Shown: positions 45,405 through 56,446 of the stretch, in pieces
Layout of the letters: every line of letters starts with the position of its first letter
Numbering within the stretch: the stretch's first letter is position 1
Source of the DNA: an uncultured Alphaproteobacteria bacterium
Lineage (GTDB): Bacteria; Pseudomonadota; Alphaproteobacteria; Sphingomonadales; Sphingomonadaceae
Length of the DNA: 64,000 bases
Direction of reading: 5' to 3'
Assembly: GCA_963789305.1 (NCBI GenBank)
Contig: CAWBKC010000005.1
Span: forward strand, 284,910 to 348,909
The notes under the pieces: model-generated
Databases searched by the model: none
The model's input: only the letters and a program-made list of their open reading frames with translations
What the model was told of the DNA's origin: nothing
Position numbers and translations under genes: made by a program

Positions 45405-45477
45405 CCTCTGCTTGTCCCGATCCTAGCTACTTTTCTCCGAAAACGGATCCCGCGTTAAACGGAGCGGAGCAACGGGG

Positions 45478-46173
45478 ATGGAGCAGGCTGCACGGGACGC
45501 GCTGGAGGCAGCGGTCAATGAATTGCGGGGCATGGAAAGAGGCGAGGAGCGCCCGCACCGGGTCCGGGCGGCTCGCGACCGTCTGTATCGGCGAATACTG
45601 ACGCTGCTGTCGCCGCGTATCCGGCAGCTCACGCGCCGTTACGCGCTTGGTGACATGGCGGACGATGCTGCGCAGGCATGTGCCATCGGCGTCCACCGGG
45701 CGCTGGCCACCTATGACCCGCGGCGCGCGTGCTTTTCCACTCATGTGACATGGGCCATGCGGGGCGAGCTGCAATCGCTGCGTCACAGGGTGCGTCTCGA
45801 TCAGCGGGACAGCGCCCGGGCAGCCGGAATGCGGACGGTCAGCTTCGAAGCCTTGCAGGATGCAGGTTCGCGTGATGATGCCCCGCTGCAGATTGCCGAT
45901 GAGGAGGCAGGCGATGCTGTAGAGAGCCGCGCAAGCGATTACCTCGCAAGCTTGTGGCTGGGCAGAGTAAGAGAAGCGGCGCTTCTTTCCCTGAGGGGTT
46001 CGCCCAAAGCGGCGACCTTTCCCCAGGATGTCGCAGCGGCGGTGTCGTATTGGACCCAAGGCCCCAGCGGACCGCGCCCGGAACGCGAACGCCAGCGGCA
46101 GAATGCGCGCCGCGTCGGCCGGTATTTTCAGGCCGGGGCGGCTCAGCTAGCAACAGTCGATCACATCCGATGA
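45478..46173 (+). CDS. Atypical sigma70-family protein (region 2 clear, region 4 degenerate)
   Basis: DDAAQACAIGVHRALATYDPRRACFSTHVTWAMRGEL resembles region 2.2-2.4; VSFE resembles the SLD motif; RERQRQ resembles region 4.2. Confidence 0.75.
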   Translation: MEQAARDALEAAVNELRGMERGEERPHRVRAARDRLYRRILTLLSPRIRQLTRRYALGDMADDAAQACAIGVHRALATYDPRRACFSTHVTWAMRGELQSLRHRVRLDQRDSARAAGMRTVSFEALQDAGSRDDAPLQIADEEAGDAVESRASDYLASLWLGRVREAALLSLRGSPKAATFPQDVAAAVSYWTQGPSGPRPERERQRQNARRVGRYFQAGAAQLATVDHIR

Positions 46174-46198
46174 ATCGGTTCGTTCTCGTGACTGGGGT

Positions 46199-47143
46199 TT
46201 AGCCGCCCATTACATATCTCACGGTCACCATGTCGTAGCTATTCACCGCCGTCCCATCTGCGTTGCGTGCCGGTTTGAACCTGGCGTGTTCGACCATGAT
46301 GGCACACGGCGTATTGTCGAAGTTCTCGCCTTCGGTCAGTTCGAGCAATTTGCAGTCGGTCACGCGGCCGCTTTCGTCGATGAAAAGCCGCATCCGGAAA
46401 TTGGCCTGGCTCCCGCGGTTCAGCGCGCGCGAGGGATAGCGGCGTTGTATCCGCTCGGCGACATCCTGCAAGTTGGTCCATTCCGCCTTCTGCGTGACCG
46501 ACGCGAATTCTTCTGCATCCACGCCCCAGCTTTTGAGCAAGTGATCGGTGCAGGTGTTCATCGCTGTGAAGGCGTTTTCCAGATTGCCGGTGTCGAGCCG
46601 GATGACCTGTTTGCGCTGGCGAAGCTCGATCCAGTCGATCTCTGCCCCGTTAGCGGGGACCAGGACACCGGACGGGTGCCACGCTTTCTCAGCCGCCGCG
46701 ATCTCGTTCATTTCCGGGTCTTCTCCAGCCACTGCAAAAGGGTGAAGCGGGGAAAGGTGGCCAAAGATCAGCGCCGGCTTGTATGATGCGAAAGATCCGC
46801 GCTGAAACGAGCGCTCGAAGGCCGGGTGGCCCGGCCCCATCTGTACAGAGATTTCCTGCCTGTCACGCATCGTGCGGAACGGCTTTCCGGCAACAGTCAG
46901 CTCTAGATGGGAGGAGGGGGACAATTGTTCGAGCAGAATGACCGATTTGTCGTCGCCCTCTCCGAAAACCCTCATGAGCTTGCAGCGATCCTCGGCATAA
47001 TCGAGATGCCATTGGGACGAGGGGGATAGCACGACAGGTTCGTTCGCCAGAGCCGCCCCCGCAGCGACTGCAGATCCGGCGAGCGCCAGCGCAGCGCTGA
47101 CCGCGCTTTTGAAAACTGACCGCCCGAAATGCACGCCAGACAT
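46199..47143 (-). CDS. Exported protein with C-terminal TonB domain
   Basis: Signal peptide ending ALA; YPSRALNRG...FIDESGRVTDC...ARFKPARNADG. Confidence 0.8.
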   Translation of the reverse strand: MSGVHFGRSVFKSAVSAALALAGSAVAAGAALANEPVVLSPSSQWHLDYAEDRCKLMRVFGEGDDKSVILLEQLSPSSHLELTVAGKPFRTMRDRQEISVQMGPGHPAFERSFQRGSFASYKPALIFGHLSPLHPFAVAGEDPEMNEIAAAEKAWHPSGVLVPANGAEIDWIELRQRKQVIRLDTGNLENAFTAMNTCTDHLLKSWGVDAEEFASVTQKAEWTNLQDVAERIQRRYPSRALNRGSQANFRMRLFIDESGRVTDCKLLELTEGENFDNTPCAIMVEHARFKPARNADGTAVNSYDMVTVRYVMGG

Positions 47144-47145
47144 AG

Positions 47146-47194
47146 AAAAACCCCCGAATTGCAGATGCTTCTATAGCAAGCTGCAATCCGGGGG
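47146..47194 (-). terminator. Rho-independent terminator of etfBA
   Basis: CCCCCGAATTGCAG...CTGCAATCCGGGGG stem, giving a U-tract on the minus strand. Confidence 0.75.
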
Positions 47195-47224
47195 CAAATT
47201 CTGCCGGATTATCCCGGCCAGCTT

Positions 47225-48157
47225 TTACAGCTTGCCGGTGAGCTCCGGCACGGCCTTGTAGAGATCGGCGACCAGGCCGACATCGGCGACCTGGAAAATC
47301 GGGGCGTCTTCGTCCTTGTTGATGGCGATGATGGTCTTGGAATCCTTCATGCCTGCAAGGTGCTGGATCGCGCCGGAAATGCCGATGGCGATATAGACTT
47401 CCGGAGCGACGATCTTGCCGGTCTGTCCGACCTGATAATCGTTCGGGACATAGCCTGCGTCGACTGCGGCACGGCTGGCGCCGATACCTGCGCCCAGCTT
47501 GTCGGCCAGCGGCGTGATGATTTCCTCGAACGTCTCGGCGTCCTTCAGTGCGCGGCCACCCGAAACGATGACCTTGGCGCTGGTAAGTTCGGGGCGATCG
47601 CTCGCCGCGATTTCCTCGCCGACGAAGCTGGAGATGCCGGCATCGCCTGCGACCCGATACATCCTCGACACTGGCCGAGCCGCCTTCCGCGTCCGCCTTG
47701 TCGAAGGCGGTGCCGCGCACGGTGATGACCAGCTTGGGATCGCTCGACTGCACGGTGGCGATCGCGTTGCCGGCGTAGATCGGACGGGTGAAGGTCTTGT
47801 CGCCTTCGACCGAGAGAATGTCCGATACCTGCATCACATCGAGCATGTGCAGCCACGCGCGGGGCGATGTTCTTGCCGTTGGTGGTGGCAGGCGCGAGGA
47901 GGGCGTCGTAGCCTTCCATGACCTCGGCAACCAGCGGTGCGACGTTTTCGGCCAGCTGGTGCTCGTAGGCAGCATCGTCTGCCATGAGGACCTTGCAGAC
48001 GCCGGCGATCTTGGCGGCGGCCTGTGCTGCACCGTCGCAATCTGGCGCCTGCGACCAGGCAGTGCACTTCGCCCATCTTCGCAGCGGCAGTTACGACTGC
48101 CAGCGTCGCGTCGTTCACCGATGCATTGTCATGTTCGACCAGAACCAGAGTTTTCAT
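47225..48157 (-). CDS. etfA: Electron transfer flavoprotein alpha subunit, apparent indels
   Basis: [41 protein letters not shown]. Confidence 0.95.
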
Positions 48158-48195
48158 GTTCGTTATCCTTTTTCCTTAAAGGGCTCCAGGCTCGC

Positions 48196-48942
48196 TTACG
48201 CGATGCCGAGCGCCTTGATCTTGGCCACCAGCGCATCGACATCTTCGACCTTTTCGCCCGCCTGACGGACGGGCGGTTCGGCGACGTGGGTGGTGGTGAG
48301 GCGCGGGGCGATATCGACGCCGTAATCGGCGGGCGTCTTGGTATCGAGCGGCTTCTTCTTTGCCTTCATGATGTTCGGCAGCGACGCATAGCGCGGCTCG
48401 TTCAGACGAAGGTCGGTCGTGACGATGGCTGGCAGGGTCAGCTTGACCGTCTGCAGGCCGCCATCGACTTCGCGCTTCACGGTGACGCTGTCGCCGTCGA
48501 CCTCGACCGTGTTGGCGAACGTGCCCTGCGGACGGCCCATCAGGGCTGCCAGCATCTGGCCGGTCTGGTTGCTGTCGTCGGAGATCGACTGCTTGCCCAG
48601 CATCACGATGCCCGGGCCTTCCTCGTCGGCGATTGCTTTCAGGATCTTGGCGACGGCCAGCGGCTCGACCTCTTCGTCGGTTTCGACGAGGATCGCGCGG
48701 TCCGCACCCATGGCGAGCGCGGTGCGCAGTGTTTCCTGCGCCTTTGCCGGGCCGACGGAGACGGCGATGATCTCTTCCGCCTTGCCCGCTTCTTTCAGGC
48801 GGATGGCTTCTTCGACGGCGATTTCGTCGAACGGGTTCATGCTCATCTTGACGTTGGCAAGATCCACGCCGGAGCCGTCCGCCTTGACGCGGGGCTTCAC
48901 GTTGTAGTCGATCACCCGTTTGACGGGGACGAGGATTTTCAT
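48196..48942 (-). CDS. etfB: Electron transfer flavoprotein beta subunit
   Basis: [45 protein letters not shown]. Confidence 0.97.
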   Translation of the reverse strand: MKILVPVKRVIDYNVKPRVKADGSGVDLANVKMSMNPFDEIAVEEAIRLKEAGKAEEIIAVSVGPAKAQETLRTALAMGADRAILVETDEEVEPLAVAKILKAIADEEGPGIVMLGKQSISDDSNQTGQMLAALMGRPQGTFANTVEVDGDSVTVKREVDGGLQTVKLTLPAIVTTDLRLNEPRYASLPNIMKAKKKPLDTKTPADYGVDIAPRLTTTHVAEPPVRQAGEKVEDVDALVAKIKALGIA

Positions 48943-49017
48943 GTGAGTTCCTTCCTCTCGAATTGATGCCCGCGGGATCGGGCAGGCCGCGCACGCAGCC
49001 ACTTACTTAATCGAATG

Positions 49018-49040
49018 ATGGAACGGCATGTGCGTTCCAT
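49018..49040. promoter_or_regulatory. Perfect inverted repeat (possible operator) upstream of etfB
   Basis: ATGGAACG-GCATGTG-CGTTCCAT. Confidence 0.5.
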
Positions 49041-49055
49041 TTACGTTTACGTCAA
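49040..49055. promoter_or_regulatory. LiuR-type binding box overlapping a putative -35 (TTGACG, minus strand)
   Basis: TTTACGTTTACGTCAA vs LiuR consensus TTTACGTwwACGTAAA. Confidence 0.65.
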
Positions 49056-49134
49056 GGGCAGGCCAAAGACCGCCCCGCTGCCGTAGCGGCAGGTTGCCGC
49101 CGGCGGGAACGGGACAGTTGCTCTGCGCAGCGAA

Positions 49135-50336
<1,202 letters not shown>

Positions 50337-50448
50337 GGGGCGATGCGTCCTGTTGTTCTCGTCAGGGGAAGGATGGCTTTGACTGTGTAAGTTGCAGGGG
50401 GCCTTTGCATGGATGAGCCGCCTTGAAAAGTGTCTGCGAGACCGTCCA

Positions 50449-51261
50449 ATGGCAGGCGCACAGGACATGATCGACCACGAACGCTTTGCAGCGATCGTCC
50501 GCGAGGCGGGCGCAATCGCCCATTCTCACTGGCCCGGCGCGGGCCATGACCTCGAGTCATGGGAGAAGAAGCCCGGCGATCCGGTGTGCGAGGCGGATCT
50601 GGCGGTCGACAGGTTCCTGCGCCGCGAATTGGGCGCTCTGCTGCCTTCGGCGGGATGGCTGTCGGAAGAAACGGTCGATGACGCCGGCACGGATGGACCA
50701 GCGACTGATCTGGCTGGTCGATCCGGTCGACGGCACGCGCGACTTTATCCGCGGGCGGACCGGCTGGGCCGTTTCGGTGGCGCTGGTCAGCGAAGGTCGC
50801 CCGCTGATGGGCATGCTGAGCGCGCCGGCGCGACGACGAGGAATGGCTTGCGGTCGCCGGGCAGGGCGCCACGCGCAATGGCGAACAGCTGGCATCGTCC
50901 CGCCGCGAGCAGCTGGCAGGCGCGCGCATCCCCGCCGATTCGCTGATGAAGGAAGACCAGCTGATGGAGATGGTCGACAAGCCCAATTCTATAGCCCTGC
51001 GTGTCGCGATGGTCGCTGCCGACGAGGCCGATCTGATCGCAACGCTGCGCTGGGGCTTTGAATGGGATATCGGCGCAGCGACCCTGATCGCGCGGGAAGC
51101 AGGCGCCGCGGTGAGCGACGCTTTCGGTAAGGTCGTTCGCCTACAACAAGCGCGATCCCCGCAGTTTCGGTCTGCTGGTCAGCGCGCCGGGCATCCACCG
51201 GCAGGCCGTCGAGCATCTGGCCGAGCGCGCCAAGATCGTGGCGGCGCGTCCCCGAGACTAA
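50449..51261 (+). CDS. Inositol monophosphatase / CysQ family phosphatase, apparent indels
   Basis: [31 protein letters not shown]. Confidence 0.88.
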
Positions 51262-51293
51262 GGCCCAGAGACTAGGACCAAAGACTAGAACCA
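51254..51293 (+). repeat. Three degenerate 13-14-bp tandem repeats beginning at the gene's stop codon
   Basis: GAGACTAAGGCCCA / GAGACTAGGACCA / AAGACTAGAACCA. Confidence 0.7.
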
Positions 51294-51322
51294 GAAGCCT
51301 GCCGTTGCAGGTAAGGCCCATG

Positions 51323-51353
51323 AAAAAGGGGCCCGCATCGCTGCGGGCCCCTT
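51323..51353 (-). terminator. Rho-independent terminator of the OmpA-family gene
   Basis: AAAAA-GGGGCCCGCA-TCGC-TGCGGGCCCC. Confidence 0.85.
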
Positions 51354-51379
51354 CATAGTGTCTTGCGTATGCGTGGGGC

Positions 51380-52075
51380 TTAGTTGCCCTGTGCCTGTGC
51401 AACGTCGTCCTGGCTGATCGGCGTGATCTTGATCTCGACACGGCGATTGGCAGCACGGCCTTCGGGCGTATCGTTGCCGGACTTGAAGTAGCGCGGATCT
51501 TCGCCGTAACCCTGCGTCGCCATGCGCGCACGGGCGACGCCGCGTGCTGCAAGGTAATCGGCGACGGCATTGGCGCGGCGCTGCGACAGTTCGAGGTTGT
51601 ACGCGTCCGAACCGGTCGAATCGGTGAAGCCGTAAACGTCGATCAGGCTGTTGGGATATTTGATCAGGCTGTTGGCGATCACGTCGAGCGTGCCCTGGAA
51701 GGCAGGCGTGATGGTGGCCGAATTAACAGCGAAGGTCACGCCATCGGGCAGGTTGACGAGGATGGCCTCGCCGTCGCCGATTTCACTGACGTCGACGCCG
51801 GTACCCTCGGTCATCTCGTCCAGTTCCTTGATCTGGTCGTCGAACTGCTTGCCGATAACCGCGCCGGCGCTGCCGCCGATGCCCGCGCCGATGATGCGCG
51901 CAGTCGAACCGCCAATCACGTCGCCGAGCAGATAGCCGGCAGCACCGCCGAGGACGGAGCCGATGGCCGTGCGGGAAATTTTCTGTTCACCCGTATTCGG
52001 ATCGGTAACGCAGGCAGACAGGCCCATCAGCGAAGTCGCGGCCAAGGCCGATACGAGAATGCGAGATTTCTTCAT
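51380..52075 (-). CDS. OmpA family lipoprotein (YiaD-like, glycine zipper)
   Basis: Lipobox LSAC, glycine zipper, GFTDSTGS..YNLELSQRRA, NRRVEI. Confidence 0.94.
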   Translation of the reverse strand: MKKSRILVSALAATSLMGLSACVTDPNTGEQKISRTAIGSVLGGAAGYLLGDVIGGSTARIIGAGIGGSAGAVIGKQFDDQIKELDEMTEGTGVDVSEIGDGEAILVNLPDGVTFAVNSATITPAFQGTLDVIANSLIKYPNSLIDVYGFTDSTGSDAYNLELSQRRANAVADYLAARGVARARMATQGYGEDPRYFKSGNDTPEGRAANRRVEIKITPISQDDVAQAQGN

Positions 52076-52264
52076 TTTTAGTTCCCCAAATATGCGGTCC
52101 CGGAGGGCCGGCGGGCGTTGGCCGCCCATGACGATAGTGCGCGCCCACCGCACGCTTCTCGCTATACCAACCTTGGTCGCGGTCACCTGTTCCCGCGCTG
52201 AACGGATAAAGGACGCATCAGGCAGGCTGGCGCGGCGCTTCATTTGTGCTAGCGCAGAGTTACT

Positions 52265-53563
52265 GTGACACCCTTTCCCTGGACCGACCTGCTGATCATT
52301 GCAGGACTGATATTGCTCAACGGCATCTTCGCGATGTCCGAGCTGGCGATTGTTTCTGCCAAGCCTACGACGCTGCGCGCGAAAGCGGAAAAAGGCAGCG
52401 GAGGTGCGGAAACGGCTTTGTCGCTGGCCGCCAATCCGGGCAAATTCCTGTCGACCGTGCAGATCGGTATCACGCTGGTCGCGATTATCGCCGGTGCGTA
52501 TTCCGGAACCAGCCTCGGCGGTCCGGTAGGAGAGCGCCTCGTGCATCTGGGGCTGAACCCCGATTACGGGGAGCAGGCGGGCTTCGCGCTGGTCATTGCG
52601 CTCACCACCTATTTCAGCATCGTCGTCGGCGAGCTTGTGCCCAAGCAGCTGGCGCTGAAACTGGCTGTGCCGATCGCGGTGGCGATGGCGCGCCCGATGC
52701 GCTGGGTTGCGCGGATTGCCGCGCCCGTCGTGTGGATTCTCGACACGTCTTCGGCTGCGATTGTTCGTTTGCTGGGTGTCCGTCCGGGCGGGCAGGCAAG
52801 TGTCACGGCCGAAGAACTGCACATGCTGTTTGCCGATGCGACGCAAACAGGCGTGCTCGAAGAAGAGCAGAGCGCGATCCTGACGGGTGTCGTTCGCCTG
52901 GCCGAACGCCCAGTGCGGGAGTTGATGACGCCGAGGACCGAGCTCGACTGGCTCGATATCGACGATGATGAAGCCGCCATAGCCATAAAGATCGCCGAGA
53001 GTCCGCATTCGCTGCTTCCGATTGCACAAGGGTCGCCGGACAAGGTGTTGGGCGTCGTTAAGGTGCGCGAGGTTCTCGCGGCACAAGTCGCAGGTCTGCC
53101 GGTCGATCTCCGGAAGCTGTCGAAGAAACCCGAGATCGTACCCGACCAGCTCGACGCGCTCGATGCGCTGCGTGTGCTGCAGCAGGCGGATATCGCCATG
53201 GCCATGGTACATGACGAATATGGGCATCTCGACGGGATCGTGACGCCGGTCGATCTCCTGACGGCCATTGTCGGGCAGTTTGCCAGCGATGTGGACCAAG
53301 GGGATATTCCCGATATCGTCGAGCGGGCCGACGGATCGCTGCTCGTCTCAGGCGCGCTAGGGGCCGATATGCTCGCCGACCGCATCGGGATCGAATATGA
53401 CGAGGACCGCGAATTTGCGACCGTCGCAGGCTTTGCCCTCGCGGTTCTCAAGCACTTTCCCCATGAAGGCGAGGTCTTCACCGAGCAGGGGTGGGCGTTC
53501 GAGATTGTCGATATGGACGGCCGCAAGATCGACAAATTGCTGGTCAGCAAACAGGACGACTGA
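52265..53563 (+). CDS. Hemolysin family protein (CNNM/DUF21-CBS-CorC)
   Basis: FAMSELAIVS, FLSTVQIGIT, GELVPK, MTPR, DEYG...GIVT. Confidence 0.94.
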   Translation: MTPFPWTDLLIIAGLILLNGIFAMSELAIVSAKPTTLRAKAEKGSGGAETALSLAANPGKFLSTVQIGITLVAIIAGAYSGTSLGGPVGERLVHLGLNPDYGEQAGFALVIALTTYFSIVVGELVPKQLALKLAVPIAVAMARPMRWVARIAAPVVWILDTSSAAIVRLLGVRPGGQASVTAEELHMLFADATQTGVLEEEQSAILTGVVRLAERPVRELMTPRTELDWLDIDDDEAAIAIKIAESPHSLLPIAQGSPDKVLGVVKVREVLAAQVAGLPVDLRKLSKKPEIVPDQLDALDALRVLQQADIAMAMVHDEYGHLDGIVTPVDLLTAIVGQFASDVDQGDIPDIVERADGSLLVSGALGADMLADRIGIEYDEDREFATVAGFALAVLKHFPHEGEVFTEQGWAFEIVDMDGRKIDKLLVSKQDD

Positions 53564-53598
53564 CCGGCTGCGCGCCGGTGCGTGGGGCTTTTGCGTCT

Positions 53599-53633
53599 GA
53601 ATCCGTAATCCTTACTTACCGGCTGTTAACCAT
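53599..53633 (+). promoter_or_regulatory. CtrA/CcrM-like signals
   Basis: GAATC 53599, GTAA-N7-TTAC 53605-53619, TTAACCAT 53626-53633. Confidence 0.45.
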
Positions 53634-53670
53634 CCTGCGCGATACCTGTCCTTCGACAAGGGGACATACG

Positions 53671-54197
53671 ATGCCGCAGACCACCAACGCTTCGCTCACC
53701 ATCGCCGAAATGCGTGAATTCGCCAGCTTCACCGCCGCCGAACAGCGTTACATTCGCCGGAGCCTGGATGTTGGGCTTGGACGCTGCGACGCATTCAAGA
53801 CCTGGGCCCGCGATGCCGCGGAGAACGCCGCTATCCGCCGCCAGTATGTCGCCTATCAGGAACTGAAACGCCTGCGCGAAGATATGCCGACCGATCCGCG
53901 AGCCAGACCACATCGACGGCTTCATCGGCACGCTGACCCGCGTCGCCGCCTTCGACCTGTCGCAGGAGCGGATCGACGGCTTCTCCGCCTTCCGCTTTCT
54001 CTACGAACGCCTGCTCGGCGCAAGTGCACGGCCTTGGCTGCCCAGCGCCTTCGTCGCCGCCGCCGCCCTGCCGCATATCCGCCCCGAACGCCGCCGGATG
54101 CTGCTGCAATCGCTCAGCGAAGCCGCCGCAACTGCGCCGGCTGGTCCGATGCGAACCGGGATTCTATCCCGAATATGTCGAGGCGGAGGCGGCTTAG
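53671..54197 (+). CDS. Hypothetical protein (~175 aa), apparent indels
   Basis: Coherent high-GC3 reading EMREFASF...QRYIRRSLD...FRFLYERLLG..ARPWLPSAF...PEYVEAEAA when frames are joined; AGGG RBS. Confidence 0.75.
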
Positions 54198-54516
54198 AAC
54201 GGCTGCGCTACAAAATGCGACTCGAAACGGTCCGAGTAGAATTCGACCGGCTTTGGTCGGGAAGGTTCTTGATCATTTGCGCGAGCCGAGCAGGCATTGG
54301 GCCGCCTTTCGATCGCCTTCGGGAAGCCGATCACCAACGGCCTCTCAGCCGCATGGGGTCCGAATCTGCGAGGCCGACTCGAAGCACGGTGCTCGATAGC
54401 GAATTGAGAGTGCATAAGAGGCATTGTTGGACGTGATCGAAGGCGGACGACGGAAAGCGGCACTTCCAAGAGATCTGCGAAGAGCCGTCGAACTTCGCCA
54501 AGTTGCACTGAGGACG

Positions 54517-56358
54517 TCAAGCTGTCGAACCCCGATACAATCCGTCCAGCCGCTCCTGATACCGCTCGCGGATCTTGTGGCGGCGGATTTTCATGCTGGG
54601 GGTCATTTCCTCGTTCTCGACCGAGAAGGGCTCGTCCGCGAAGGTGAACTGACGGACCTTTTCGGTGACCGACAGCTCCTTGTTCACCCGGTCGACGGCC
54701 GCGCGCACAGCGGCCTTGAATTCGGGCAGGTCCTGCAGCGCATTGCAATCGAACTTCTTGCCCTGCGCGCGGCACCATTCCAGCTGCCATTCCGCATCGG
54801 GCACGATCAGGCCGACCACGTAGGGACGCCTGTCGCCGCTGACCATCGCCTGGCCGATTTCCGGCTGCAGGGTCAGCATCCCTTCGATCTTCTGGGGCGC
54901 GACATTGTCGCCCTTGTCGTTGACGATCATGTCTTTCTTGCGGTCGGTGATCTTGATCCGGCCGCTATCGTCGATGTGGCCGATATCGCCAGTATGGAGC
55001 CACGGCTCTCCCGATGGGTCCTGAGGGTCGGCGATCAGCGTGCGTTTTGTCTCCGCCTCGTTCTGCCAATAGCCCTTCATCACCAGTTCGCCGCGGCACA
55101 GGATTTCGCCATCCTCGGCAATCTTGACCTCGACTCCGCGCATGGGCGGGCCGACCGTATCCATCGCGATGCCTGCCGCGGGCCGGTTGCAGCTGATGAC
55201 CGGGCCGCTTTCGGTCTGGCCGTAGCCCTGCAGCATGGTCAGCCCCATCGAATCGAAGAAGATGCCGACATCGGGATTGAGCGGTGCGCCGCCCGATACC
55301 ATCGCCTTGATCCGTCCGCCGAAACGGTCGCGGATCTTGGGCCTGAGCGTGCGTTCGAGGACGAAGTCCATCGGTCCGTCGAGCAGCTTGCGCCGGCCCT
55401 CGGCCTTGCGTTCGCCGATCTGGAGCGCGCGGTCCATCATGTAATTGGCAGCGCCGCCCTGCTTGGCGACCTGCTTCATGATGCGGGTCCGCAGCACTTC
55501 GAACAGGCGCGGGACGACGACCATGATCGTGGGCCGCGTCTCCTCGATATTGCTGGCGAGCTTCTCCAGCCCTTCTGCATAGTAGATCTGCGCGCCGACC
55601 CCGATCGGGAGGAACTGGCCGCCGGAATGTTCATAGGCATGGCTGAGCGGCAGGAAGGACAGGAAGCGTTCTTCATCGTCGAGCCCGAAATCGGTCATCA
55701 GGATTTCGGCAGCGCCCGTGACATTGCACAGGATCGCGCCGTGGTGCTGCATCACGCCGCGCGGCGCGCCGCCGGTGCCGCTGGTGTAGATGATGCAGGC
55801 GGTCGTATCGCGGGAAATGCCCCTCAGGCGTTCTCTCGACAGCCGCCCGGGCGGCATGCTGCGTCGCCGTCGACCAGGTCGCTCCATTTATGGCAGTGCA
55901 GATTGCCGCCCTGATAGGAGGGCACGCCGTCGATCGGGATGATGTGTTCGGCAATGCCGGTGCGGAAAATGGCGGGAATGCAGCGGCGCGGACAGCTTCT
56001 CGTTCGATACGATGACAGCCCGGGCGCCCGAATTGTCCAGAATGTGGACGTGATCGCGCTCGGTATTGGTGATGTAGGCGGGCACTGTGATGCAGCCAGC
56101 CGCCATGATGGCGAGATCGGCAATGCACCATTCGGGCCGGTTCTCGGACACCAGCATGACCCGGTCGCCCTCTACGAGGCCCATCTTGCGTAGATTTTCC
56201 GCCAGTATGCAGACCTGCTCGGCAACTTCGCGCCAGCTCTGGGTCAGCCATTTACCATCTGATTTCGCGCCGAGAAACGGCTTGTCGCCGTTTTCTCCGG
56301 CGCGCTTGAGGAAGAGTTCGACGAGGTTACCCGCCTGTTCGATTTCACTCAGTTGCAA
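54517..56358 (-). CDS. Long-chain acyl-CoA synthetase (AMP-binding, FAA1-type), apparent indels
   Basis: IIYTSGTGGAPRG, FLPLSHAYE, QGYGQTE, WLHTGDIG, TPSMKIRR. Confidence 0.92.
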
Positions 56359-56446
56359 ACCTGTTGCTCCTGCTGCCCAAATTGGTCGTTGTCTGCGCAA
56401 CGTTCCGCCACGCTGTACGCTCCCGCCGTGTCAGCGACAAGCGCAG

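Noticed and set aside
51380-53299. 639-aa OmpA with long N-terminal extension
   Set aside because: The extension is antisense to the hemolysin-family gene; the lipoprotein signal starts at 52075.
52265-53563. Hemolysin toxin
   Set aside because: CNNM/CBS/CorC family proteins are cation-transport related; the name is historical.
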